Shown piece by piece: positions 28,201 through 36,743 of a stretch of DNA of 64,000 nucleotides. The position numbers and the translations under genes were made by a program. Origin of the DNA: Bacteroidota bacterium (GTDB taxonomy: Bacteria; Bacteroidota; Bacteroidia; JADZBD01); assembly GCA_040756415.1 (NCBI GenBank), contig JBFLYZ010000013.1, positions 3,768 to 67,767 on the forward strand, given 5' to 3'. Each line of letters opens with the position of its first letter. The stretch's first letter is position 1. A model generated the notes under the pieces. It made no database searches. It was not told where the DNA came from and worked only from the letters and a program-made list of their open reading frames with translations.

Positions 28201-31200
28201 TCGGTCACCGTTACGGTATAAGTTCCGGCAGACAGACCTGTACCCGTTGCAGCATTACCGCCCGAAGGAGACCAACTGTATGTATAAGCTGGGGTTCCTC
28301 CTGTAGCGCTTACCGTAGCTGTTCCGTTATTGCCTGCATTACAGCTTACATTGGTGCTGCCCGATATGGCAGCGGTAAGTTGTGTGGGTTGCGTAATAGT
28401 AACGGTAGCGGTGGCCGAGCATCCGTTGGCATCAGTTACGGTGAGTGTGTAAGTGCCGGCTGGCAATCCTGTTGCGGTGGGAGCGTTACCGCCTGAAGGA
28501 GACCAGGAGAAAGTATAAGGCGCGGTGCCTCCTGATGTGGCTGATGATGCCGAGCCGTTGCTGCCGCCAAAGCAGGAAACGTTGGTAGATGTGGTGATGC
28601 TGGTCGTGGGCGAGCCCGCATTGGGTACGTTCACCGTAGCCGTTATGGTACATCCATTGGCATCCGTAACGGTAACGGTGTAGGAGCCGGCCGGCAACCC
28701 TGTGGCCGTGGCAGCGTTACCGCCAGCAGGCGCCCAGCTATAGGTGTAAGCCGGTGTTCCACCTGACGCCACAACCGAGGCAGAGCCGTTGGCGTTGCCG
28801 CAGGTAGATTGCACAAACGATGTGGTAGCGGCCAGCGCTGTGGGTTGCGTTACGGTAACGGTGGCGCTTGCCGTACATCCGTTAGCGTCAGTTACCGTTA
28901 CGGTATACGTGCCGGCCGAAAGGCCTGTTGCCGTAGCGGTATTGCCTCCCGAAGGCGCCCAGCTATAGGTATAGCCTGGCGTGCCACCACCCGCGGTGAC
29001 CGTAGCCGTTCCGTTGCTGCCCGCGTTACATGAAACAGGAGTACTGGTAGCGCTGGCCGTAACGGCTGTTGGCTGTGTAATGGTAACGGTGGCTGTGGTT
29101 GTACAGCCGTTGGCATCGGTCACGGTTACCGTATAGGTTCCCGCAGCGAGGCCGGTTGCAGTAGCCGCGTTGCCACCCGAAGGCGCCCATGCGTAAGAAT
29201 AGGCAGGCGTGCCTCCTGAAGCATTAACGGTAGCGGAGCCATTGCTGCCACCGAAGCAGGAAACGTTGGCAGAAGCGCTGATGGCTGCGGTGAGCGGAGT
29301 GGGTTGTGTGATCGTTACTGTAGCAGCAGTTGTACATCCGTTGGCATCTGTGACGGTTACCGTGTAGGTTCCCGCGCTCAGGCCGGTTGCTGTTGCCGCG
29401 TTGCCTCCTGAAGGAGCCCATGCGTAAGTAAAGGGAGCTGTGCCACCTGTCACCGTTACCGTAGCCGAACCGTTATTGCCACCATTACACGAAACGTTAG
29501 TGGAAGCCGATATGGCAGCCGAAGGACCGCCTGCGTTGGGAACGGTCACAGTTGCGGTGGTGATACATCCGTTAGCGTCAGTAACAGTTACTGTATAAGT
29601 ACCGGCAGTTAGGCCGGTAGCAGTTGCGGCATTGCCGCCAGAAGGAGCCCAGTTGTAAGTATAGGCAGGAGTACCGCCTGAAGCGGCCACCGATGCAGAG
29701 CCGTTAGGTTGTCCGCAGGTGGATTGCGTGAACGAGGTGGTTGTGGTAAGAGGGGTAGGTTGTGTAACCACCACGGTGGCCGTGATCGTACATCCGTTGG
29801 CGTCAGTAACTGTTACGGTGTAAGTGCCGGCAGTGAGACCGGTTGCTGTAGCTGCGTTACCACCGCTGGGAGCCCAGTTGTATGAATAGGCAGGAGTTCC
29901 GCCACCCGCAGTGACCGTAGCTGTGCCGTTGCTGCCAGCGTTGCAGGAAACAGCAGTTGAGGCGGTAGTAGCGGTAAGCGGAGCAGGTTGAGTGATCGTG
30001 ACAGTAGCCGTAGCGGTACATCCGTTAGCGTCAGTAACGGTTACGGTATATGTGCCGGCAGTGAGGCCGGTTGCCGTAGCCGCATTGCCTCCTGAAGGAG
30101 CCCAGTTGTAAGTGTATCCGGGTGTTCCACCGCTTCCGTTGGCGGTAGCTGAGCCGTTGCTGCCACCGAAGCAGGAAACGTTAGCAGAGGATGCGATGCT
30201 TGCCACGACCTGAGTAGGTTGGGTGATCGTGACAGTTGTTGTAGTAGTGCATCCGTTGGCATCTGTGACGGTTACCGTATAGGTTCCCGCGTTCAGGCCC
30301 GTTGCCGTAGCTGCGTTGCCACCCGAAGGCGACCATGCATAAGTGTAAGGAGCAGTGCCTCCGGTTACGGTGGCCGTAGCCGAACCGTTAGAACCACCGA
30401 AGCAGGAAACGTTGGTTGATGCGGAAATGGTCGCAGAAGGTCCGCCTGCGTTGGGTACGGTAACAGTTGCCGTGATCGTACATCCGTTTGCATCCGTTAC
30501 GGTAACCGTGTAAGTGCCAGCGGTCAGACCGGTGGCTGCAGCCGCTGTACCACCGCTGGGAGCCCAGTTGTAGGTGTATGCAGGAGTACCGCCTGAAGCG
30601 ACCACCGAAGCAGAACCGTTAGGCTGTCCGCAGGTGGATTGAGTAAAAGAAGTGGTAGCAGCCAGTGCGGGTGGTTGTGTAACAACCGCTGTTGCCGTTG
30701 TCGTACATCCGTTGGCATCTGTTACGGTTACAGTGTAAGTGCCAGCGGTCAGGCCGGTGGCTGTAGCCGCTGTGCCACCGCTGGGCGCCCAGTTGTAGGT
30801 ATAAGCAGGCGTGCCACCGCTGGCGGTGACCGTAGCTGTGCCATTATTACCTCCGTTACAGGAAACCGCAGTTGTAGCGGTAGTAGCTGTCAGAACAGGG
30901 GGCTGGGTAATGGTTACCGTAGCTGTAGCCGTACAGCCGTTAGCATCGGTGACCGTAACTGTATATGTGCCGGCAGTAAGTCCTGTTGCAGTAGCTGAGT
31001 TGCCTCCGCTGGGAGCCCAGTTATAGGTATATCCGGGTGTTCCACCGCTGCCAGCGGCTGTTGCTGTTCCGTTATTGCCACCGTTGCACGAAACGTTGGC
31101 CGAAGATGCAATGCTTGCTACTACCTGGGTAGGTTGGGTAATGGTAACCGTGGCGGTTGTCGAACAGCCGTTTGCGTCAGTAACGGTAACCGTATAGGTT

Positions 31201-34200
31201 CCCGCGCCAAGGCCCGTGGCCGTAGCTGCATTGCCGCCCGAAGGCGACCATGCATAGGTGTAAGGAGCAGTGCCTCCGGTTACGGTGGCCGTAGCCGAAC
31301 CGTTAGAACCACCGAAACAGGAAACGTTGGCAGATGCGGAAATGGTTGCAGAAGGTCCGCTGGCGTTGGTAACCGTTACGGTTGCGGTAACGGTACACCC
31401 GTTCGCGTCAGTGACCGTAACAGTGTAGGTGCCGGCCAGTAAACCTGTTGCCGTAGCGGCATTGCCGCCAGACGGAGCCCAGCTGTAAGTATAAGCAGGA
31501 GTGCCGCCCGAGGCAACCACCGAAGCAGAGCCATTGGGCTGTCCGCAGGTTGCCTGAGTGAATGAGGTAGTTGTTGTAATGGCAGTGGGCTGCGTGATAG
31601 TATATGTTCGCGTAAGCGTACATCCGTTCGCATCGGTTACCGTTACGGTGTAAGATCCGGCACACAATCCGGTGGCTGTTGCGCCAGTTTGCACAGGAGT
31701 GGTGTTCCAACTGTAGGAGTAGGCAGGCGTTCCGCCCGAAACGGTAACACTGGCAGTGCCTGTACATTGTGCATTACAAAGCACGTTCACCTGCGACTGG
31801 GTTGCGGCCAGTGCAGGAGGTTGGGTGATCGTGAATGTTCGTGTGATCGTGCAGCCGTTAGCATCGCGGATGGTACAGGTATACGAACCCGCGCATAACC
31901 CTGTTGCAGTGGCCGTGTATTGAACCGGTACTGTGCTCCAGGTGTAGGTATAACCGGGTGTTCCGCCCGAAGCCACTACGGTTCCTGTTCCTGTACATTG
32001 CCCATTACAGAGCACGTTCACCTGCGATTGGGTAGCCGCAAGCTGTGTAGGCTGAGTGATAGTAACAGTGGCCGTTGCCGTACATCCGTTGGCATCGGTC
32101 ACCGTTACGGTATAGGTTCCTGCACCAAGACCTGTAGCCGTAGTGGTATTGCCGCCTGAAGGCGCCCAGTTGTATGTGTAGGCAGGCGTTCCCCCGGAGA
32201 CTGTTACTGTAGCAGAGCCATTCGTACCACCGAAGCAGGACACGTTAGCGGATGCGCTGATGGACGCTGAAGGCCCGTTAGCGCTGCTGACGTTCACAAT
32301 AGCGGTTTGGGTACATCCATTCGCATCGGTCACTGTAACAGTGTAAGAGCCTGCTGCAAGGCCGGTAGCCGTGGCCGCGCTTCCTCCGCTTGGCGCCCAA
32401 CTGTATGAATAAGCCGGTGTTCCGCCAGTAGCCACTACCGAAGCAGATCCGTTAGGCTGCCCGCAGGTAGATTGCACGAAAGAAGTAGTAAGCGTGATAA
32501 GTGTTGGCTGCGTGATGGTAAATGTTCGCGTGAGCGTACAACCATTGGCATCGGTCACGGTCACGGTGTAAGATCCCGCGCACAAACCTGTAGCTGTAGA
32601 TCCGGTTTGAACCGGAGTGGTGTTCCAGTTGTAGGAGTAAGCCGGAGTTCCGCCCGAAGCTGTTACCGTGGCTGTGCCGGTACATTGTCCATTACAAAGT
32701 ACGTTGACCTGCGACTGAGTGGCGGTCAATGCCGGTGGCTGAGTAATGGTAAAGGTGTTCGTTCTGGTGCAGCCATTGGCATCCCTGATCGTCACGGTAT
32801 AGCTTCCTGCGCATAAGCCTGTGGCGGTTGCCGTGTACTGTACCGGCACTGTGTTCCAGGTATAGGTATAGCCGGGTGTTCCACCTGCCGCTGTTACCGT
32901 GGCGGTTCCTGTGCACTGGCCGTTACAAAGCACGTTGACCTGCGACTGAGTGGCGGTCAACGCAGGAGGTTGAGTGATCGTGTAGGTTCGGGTGAGCGTA
33001 CAGCCATTGGCATCGGTCACAGTCACGGTGTAAGATCCCGCGCACAATCCTGTAGCGGTTGATCCGGTCTGAGCAGGAGTGGTGTTCCAACTGTAGGAAT
33101 AAGCCGGTGTTCCTCCTGAAACGGTGACCGTTGCTGTTCCCGTACACTGTCCGTTACAGAGCACGTTAACTTGTGATTGTGTTGCTGCCAACGCAGGTGG
33201 TTGCGTTATAGTGAAATTACGTATAGTCGTACATCCGTTTGCATCGGTGATCAAACACTGGTAGACCCCCGCACACAAACCTGTGGCTGTTGCGGCATTG
33301 CCCCCGCTGGGAGTCCATAAATAGGTATAGCCGGGCGTTCCGCCTGTTGGGATGACTGTAGCGCTTCCCGTACATTGTGCGAAACATAGCACGTTCACCT
33401 GTGATTGTGTAGCGGTGAGAACAGGAGGCTGGGTAATGGTAAAGGTTCGTGTTATCGTACACCCGTTAGCATCCCTTATCGTACAGGTATATGTGCCTGC
33501 GCACAACCCGGTACCGGTAGCAGTATATTGTACAGGTACGGTGCTCCAGGTGTAAGTATAGCCAGGTGTTCCGCCAGATGCCACTACCGTTCCGCTTCCA
33601 TTACATTGTCCTGCGCAGAGTACGTTCACCTGCGACTGTGTTGCGGTCAGGGCAGGAGGCTGTGTAATGGTAAAGGTGTTGGTTCTGGTACAGCCATTGG
33701 CATCCCTGATCGTTACGGTATAGCTTCCCGCGCATAAGCCTGTGGCGGTTGCCGTGTACTGTACCGGCACTGTGCTCCAGGTATAGGTATAGCCGGGTGT
33801 TCCACCTGCCGCTGTTACCGTGGCGGTTCCTGTGCACTGACCGTTACAAAGCACGTTCACCTGCGATTGTGTGGCCGTTAGCGCAGGTGGTTGCGTTATC
33901 GTGTACGTTCTCGTAAGCGTACAGCCATTCGCATCTGTGACAGTCACCGTATATGAACCCGCACATAATCCTGTAGCGGTTGATCCGGTCTGAACAGGGG
34001 TAGTGTTCCAACTGTAAGAATAGGCCGGAGTTCCCCCGGAGGCGGTAACAGTTGCGGTACCTGTACATTGTCCGTTACAAAGCACGTTTACCTGCGATTG
34101 CGTGGCCGTAAGTGCAGGTGGTTGCGTGATCGTGAACGCCTGTGTGATCGTACAGCCGTTCGCATCGCGGATGGTACAGGTATACGAACCCGCGCATAAT

Positions 34201-36296
34201 CCGGTAGCTGTTGCCGTATACTGTACCGGCACTGTACTCCAGGTATAGGTGTAGCCGGGAGTTCCGCCCGCTGCTACTACCGTTCCTGTTCCCGTACATT
34301 GCCCGTTACAGAGCACGTTGACCTGCGATTGCGTGGCCGTAAGTGCCGGTGGCTGAGTAATGGTAAAGGTGTTGGTTCTGGTACAGCCATTGGCATCCCT
34401 GATCGTCACGGTATAGGTTCCTGCGCATAAGCCTGTAGCTGTTGCCGTATACTGTACCGGCACCGTGCTCCAGGTATAGGTGTAGCCGGGAGTTCCGCCC
34501 GCTGCTACTACCGTTCCTGTTCCCGTACATTGCCCGTTACAAAGCACGTTGACCTGCGATTGCGTGGCCGTAAGTGCCGGTGGCTGAGTAATGGTAAAGG
34601 TGTTGGTTCTGGTACAGCCATTGGCATCCCGGGTCGTCACGGTATAGGTTCCTGCGCATAAGCCTGTAGCTGTTGCCGTATACTGTACCGGCACCGTGCT
34701 CCAGGTATAAGTATATCCCGGAGTGCCGCCTGATGCCACTACCGTTCCTGTTCCTGTACACTGACCGTTACAGAGCACGTTGACCTGCGATTGCGTGGTC
34801 GCAAGTGCCGGTGGTTGTGTGATAGTGAAATTACGTATAGTCGTACATCCGTTTGCATCGGTGATCAAACACTGGTAAACCCCCGCACACAAACCTGTGG
34901 CTGTTGCGGCATTGCCCCCGCTGGGAGTCCAGAAATAGGTATAGCCGGGAGTTCCGCCCGTTGGATTGACCGTTGCGCTTCCTGTGCACTGTCCGAAACA
35001 TAAGAGATTGACCTGCGATTGAGTGGCTGTGAGAACAGGCGGCTGAGTAACCGTAATGATTTGTTGCGTAGTGCATCCGTTAGAGGCGGTAACCGTAACT
35101 GTATAGGTTCCGGCAAATAAACCGGTAGCGGTCTGCGTGGTTTGCCCGGTGGGACTCCACGAGTAAGTATAGGGTGTAGGTCCGCCACTGGCCGTTACAG
35201 TAGCGGTTCCGTTACTTCCGCCCGCGCACGAAACATTAGTATGAGATTGTGTTGAGGTCATTGGGGGGGTGCCAGCGATAGTAACGATAGAGGAGCAAGC
35301 CGGTGTGCAACTCAGCGCATCATTCACGTAGACTGTATAAGTGCCGGGGCAAAGGCCTGTTGCGGTAGCGGTGGTTTGAGCGGGTGTAGTATTCCAGCTA
35401 TAGGTATAAGGGCCGATAGAACCGCTACCGGTAGCTGTGGCACTCCCGGTGCAGGTACAGCCTGCATTCACCGTGGTAGCAGTAGAAGTAAGTACGGAAG
35501 AACATTGCATAAAATCAATGAACACCCCTGAGTCGTACACGCAGTCGCCCGCATCGGCAATGGCGATCTTGAAATGGTATTGCTGGCAGGGGCAAAGCTG
35601 AACGGTACGTGTCAATACGGTGGTAAATCCATCGTACTGTACGGTAGTTCCGCCTGTATTATTCACATAATATGCGCTGTTTGTAGTAGGATTAACGTTG
35701 TCTATACTCACCGGGGTAGTATTGTTGGGCAGCGTAGCCACGTTGGTATTGTTATAAAAGTTATTCTGGCAAGTGGGGTAGGGGCCGGGTCCAGTAATAA
35801 AAAATCCGAAGGCGTCATTGAACGAGGAGTTCACGAACTCGGGGTATTCCTCAGAACCGAATACGAAGCGAATAGTAAGAGAACTGCACTGGGGTACGAT
35901 ATCAAATTCCAGTATACAGCAGTCGTAATCCGCTAAGGGTTCGATGGAGCCAAGCTGCGGGTCGTTGCAGGTTGTGCCATTGCAAGTACCCGCTGATGTG
36001 GAATTGTTAGGCCCAACCGCATTCGTGGCCTGACCGGTGGTCAGAAGTATACCATTGGGAAGGCCCAGGTTTGAAACCCCGGTGGTGAATGTAGCATACG
36101 CACCGGCAGGACAGTTCAATACGGGGTTGGTTATCGTCAGGCCTTGTCCTCCCAGCGCAGCGATCAGAGCCGCGAGAGAGGGATTGGGGGTTACGGTCAA
36201 CTGGGCTTTGAGCGTCAGCGATCCCAGCAGGGAAAGCGTTAAAATACAAGATGTTAGAAATAATTTCGACAGCTTAGTAGAAAGGCTAATGGGCAT
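25287..36296 (-). CDS. Giant (~3670 aa) SprB-repeat surface adhesin: choice-of-anchor-L-like head, ~39 SprB-type repeats, 2 Ig-like, 2 PKD-like domains, T9SS type B sorting domain
   Basis: Uninterrupted 11 kb ORF. I place the start at ATG 36296 (MPISLSTKLSKLFLTSCILTLSLLGSLTLKAQ); TTG 36347 is an alternative. The head is ~88% identical at protein level to the head of the gene at 17453. The 75-78-aa units each carry C-x-G-x-x-NG-x-A-x-V-x(3)-GGT-P-x-Y-x-Y-x-W and GL-x-AG-x-Y-x-V-x-V-TDANGC. The C-terminus is YVPNAFTPNGDGHNEVF...IFDRWGNLIWQT...WDGR...DVYVWKI. Confidence 0.9.
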   Translation of the reverse strand: MPISLSTKLSKLFLTSCILTLSLLGSLTLKAQLTVTPNPSLAALIAALGGQGLTITNPVLNCPAGAYATFTTGVSNLGLPNGILLTTGQATNAVGPNNSTSAGTCNGTTCNDPQLGSIEPLADYDCCILEFDIVPQCSSLTIRFVFGSEEYPEFVNSSFNDAFGFFITGPGPYPTCQNNFYNNTNVATLPNNTTPVSIDNVNPTTNSAYYVNNTGGTTVQYDGFTTVLTRTVQLCPCQQYHFKIAIADAGDCVYDSGVFIDFMQCSSVLTSTATTVNAGCTCTGSATATGSGSIGPYTYSWNTTPAQTTATATGLCPGTYTVYVNDALSCTPACSSIVTIAGTPPMTSTQSHTNVSCAGGSNGTATVTASGGPTPYTYSWSPTGQTTQTATGLFAGTYTVTVTASNGCTTQQIITVTQPPVLTATQSQVNLLCFGQCTGSATVNPTGGTPGYTYFWTPSGGNAATATGLCAGVYQCLITDANGCTTIRNFTITQPPALATTQSQVNVLCNGQCTGTGTVVASGGTPGYTYTWSTVPVQYTATATGLCAGTYTVTTRDANGCTRTNTFTITQPPALTATQSQVNVLCNGQCTGTGTVVAAGGTPGYTYTWSTVPVQYTATATGLCAGTYTVTIRDANGCTRTNTFTITQPPALTATQSQVNVLCNGQCTGTGTVVAAGGTPGYTYTWSTVPVQYTATATGLCAGSYTCTIRDANGCTITQAFTITQPPALTATQSQVNVLCNGQCTGTATVTASGGTPAYSYSWNTTPVQTGSTATGLCAGSYTVTVTDANGCTLTRTYTITQPPALTATQSQVNVLCNGQCTGTATVTAAGGTPGYTYTWSTVPVQYTATATGLCAGSYTVTIRDANGCTRTNTFTITQPPALTATQSQVNVLCAGQCNGSGTVVASGGTPGYTYTWSTVPVQYTATGTGLCAGTYTCTIRDANGCTITRTFTITQPPVLTATQSQVNVLCFAQCTGSATVIPTGGTPGYTYLWTPSGGNAATATGLCAGVYQCLITDANGCTTIRNFTITQPPALAATQSQVNVLCNGQCTGTATVTVSGGTPAYSYSWNTTPAQTGSTATGLCAGSYTVTVTDANGCTLTRTYTITQPPALTATQSQVNVLCNGQCTGTATVTAAGGTPGYTYTWNTVPVQYTATATGLCAGSYTVTIRDANGCTRTNTFTITQPPALTATQSQVNVLCNGQCTGTATVTASGGTPAYSYNWNTTPVQTGSTATGLCAGSYTVTVTDANGCTLTRTFTITQPTLITLTTSFVQSTCGQPNGSASVVATGGTPAYSYSWAPSGGSAATATGLAAGSYTVTVTDANGCTQTAIVNVSSANGPSASISASANVSCFGGTNGSATVTVSGGTPAYTYNWAPSGGNTTTATGLGAGTYTVTVTDANGCTATATVTITQPTQLAATQSQVNVLCNGQCTGTGTVVASGGTPGYTYTWSTVPVQYTATATGLCAGSYTCTIRDANGCTITRTFTITQPPALAATQSQVNVLCNAQCTGTASVTVSGGTPAYSYSWNTTPVQTGATATGLCAGSYTVTVTDANGCTLTRTYTITQPTAITTTTSFTQATCGQPNGSASVVASGGTPAYTYSWAPSGGNAATATGLLAGTYTVTVTDANGCTVTATVTVTNASGPSATISASANVSCFGGSNGSATATVTGGTAPYTYAWSPSGGNAATATGLGAGTYTVTVTDANGCSTTATVTITQPTQVVASIASSANVSCNGGNNGTATAAGSGGTPGYTYNWAPSGGNSATATGLTAGTYTVTVTDANGCTATATVTITQPPVLTATTATTAVSCNGGNNGTATVTASGGTPAYTYNWAPSGGTAATATGLTAGTYTVTVTDANGCTTTATAVVTQPPALAATTSFTQSTCGQPNGSASVVASGGTPAYTYNWAPSGGTAAAATGLTAGTYTVTVTDANGCTITATVTVPNAGGPSATISASTNVSCFGGSNGSATATVTGGTAPYTYAWSPSGGNAATATGLNAGTYTVTVTDANGCTTTTTVTITQPTQVVASIASSANVSCFGGSNGSATANGSGGTPGYTYNWAPSGGNAATATGLTAGTYTVTVTDANGCTATATVTITQPAPLTATTASTAVSCNAGSNGTATVTAGGGTPAYSYNWAPSGGNAATATGLTAGTYTVTVTDANGCTITATVVVTQPTPLTTTTSFTQSTCGQPNGSASVAASGGTPAYTYNWAPSGGNAATATGLTAGTYTVTVTDANGCITTATVTVPNAGGPSAAISASTNVSCNGGNNGSATVTVTGGTAPFTYAWAPSGGNAATATGLSAGTYTVTVTDANGCTTAATVTITQPTPLTAAISASANVSCFGGSNGSATVNASGGTPAYSYAWAPSGGNAATATGLAAGTYTVTVTDANGCTTTATVTITQPTAVTASATSTPVSCNAGSNGTATVTAGGGTPGYTYSWAPSGGNTATATGLSAGTYTVTVTDANGCTASATVTVTQPTALAATTSFVQSTCGNANGSASVVASGGTPAYTYSWAPAGGNAATATGLPAGSYTVTVTDANGCTITATVNVPNAGSPTTSITTSTNVSCFGGSNGSASSATSGGTAPYTFSWSPSGGNAPTATGLPAGTYTLTVTDANGCSATATVTITQPTQLTAAISGSTNVSCNAGNNGTATVSATGGTPAYTYSWSPSGGNAATGTGLSAGTYTVTVTDANGCSTTATVTITEPPVLTATTATTPVSCNGGSNGTATVTAGGGTPAYSYSWAPSGGNAATATGLAAGTYTVTVTDANGCTVTATAVITQPTAVTLSTSFTQSTCSQANGSASVTATGGTPAYTYSWAPSGGNAATATGLLAGTYTVFVTDANGCSTSATVSVPNAASPTASITASVNVACFGGNNGSATVTVTGGTAPYTFAWAPSGGNSATATGLTAGNYTVTVTDANGCTVTATVTITEPPLLTAAINASTNVSCFGGSNGTATVTVSGGTPAYAYAWAPAGGNAATGTGLSAGTYTVTVTDANNCTTTATVTITEPPVLNAFVNGSAATCNGACNGAALAIPAGGTAPYTYSWAPVAGNTSSISGLCAGTYTVFVTDVNGCSFSDTAVVTEPTLLVLSTTFTTAHCNQADGSATVTATGATPGYTYSWAPLGGNAATANNIPPGTYTVFVTDANGCSDSATVTVPNAAGVTATMGASTNVSCFSQCNGSATVNATGGNGPYTYSWTTTPLQNAATATGLCAGTYTVYVTDFNNCLDTATVTITQPAILLIAQIPGSTICLSQCTTITAAISGGTPAYTVTWNPGNLSGPSVTLCPTVTTTYTVMATDANGCVSQPIVFTVTVNPAIVAATSAPTAICIGASTTLTASASGGNGGPYNYVWMPGNGNGTSFTVSPTATTTYSVIVTDNCGTPADTAVVTITVNPLPVISITADDSAGCAPHCVNFSNLTPNPASCSWSFGDGGSSTSLTPATYCYTTPGTYDVFITVTDNNGCVNSATSVGMINVYPVPVADFSMSSQPTTILNPIICFTDASQGATEWTWDFGEPDSPTNSSTDQNPCHTYSDTGTYCVTLTVLNANGCWDTVTYCLVIDPDFALYVPNAFTPNGDGHNEVFMPVGIGIDEQCYQFYIFDRWGNLIWQTDRWGKGWDGRANGGEEIAQQDVYVWKIITCDIFGKTHQYVGHVSLIK
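27231..31577 (-). repeat. Higher-order coding repeat: four-unit (~305 aa, ~915 bp) super-repeat, about 4.75 copies
   Basis: Repeats R18-R36 cycle through four flavours in fixed order: TSFTQSTCGQPNGSASV..., ISAS.NVSCFGGSNGSAT..., (I/A)ASSANVSC(F/N)GG.NG..., TATTA...VSCN.G.NGTATV.... Boundaries were computed from my residue count and are approximate. Confidence 0.7.
32496..35030 (-). repeat. Tandem 231-bp (77-aa) coding repeats, about 11 copies, partly near-identical at nucleotide level
   Basis: Repeats R3-R13 of the giant protein all begin TQSQVN(V/L)LC(N/F/A)(G/A)QC(T/N)G. Off-frame ORFs recur every 231 nt (32692, 32923, 33601/33844, 34075, 34306, 34537). Units 34306-34536 and 34537-34767 share a ~170-nt tract with only 2 differences by eye. 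Boundaries are approximate. Confidence 0.8.
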
Positions 36297-36743
36297 GGGG
36301 CAGTGCAGTTTTGAGCAATTGTTCCTATATAATACTATCTCCGACAATAAAACTATACTTTAAGTTGCATGATGCTGAATTGAAATATTAACATGTAGTT
36401 ATTTGATTTTAAATATGTTATATTGTTTTATGTGTTTTTATCGTTCAATTGGCTGTTTTTATCGATAAACCATTAATATTCTACGATGATTTGCGGAGAT
36501 CTTAGGTTTTCACCGTTTCTCAGGTTTGTTGATAAATAGGCCTGTCAGGGATCAGGTTTTCGGGCTGTAAAAAGCCGGGGTTAGCGAATATCCCGGAAGT
36601 ATGGCCTACTCATCCAGTATATTAACTGAAATCATGCTTAGAAGAAATTGTAAGGGCAGGCTTCGGAGCCCCTTCCCTTGCCTACATACGATTGATCGGG
36701 CCGCAGCGCGTCATAGCGAGAACCTAAAGAGCAGGGAACGCAA

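Noticed and set aside
27286-35076. Regularly spaced 70-80-aa ORFs recur every 231 nt inside the giant gene (for example 32692, 32923, 33844, 34075, 34306 and 34537). The periodic repeats could superficially suggest a CRISPR-like or satellite array.
   Set aside because: They are off-frame shadows of the 77-aa coding repeats of one continuous 11-kb ORF. There is no repeat-spacer structure (the units are contiguous and homologous throughout) and no cas genes.
17561-36203. The choice-of-anchor-L-like heads plus the first two repeats of the gene at 17453 (plus strand, about 17561-18727) and of the giant gene (minus strand, about 35031-36203) form a ~1.2-kb inverted pair flanking ~16 kb. I considered an invertible promoter or head-swapping switch.
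   Set aside because: The proteins are about 85-90% identical. At nucleotide level, however, the two copies differ at many synonymous sites (about 70-75% identity by eye, longest identical runs under 20 nt). No recombinase gene or short sharp inverted repeats are present. This looks like old paralogy under purifying selection, not an active inversion system. Long reads could still test it.
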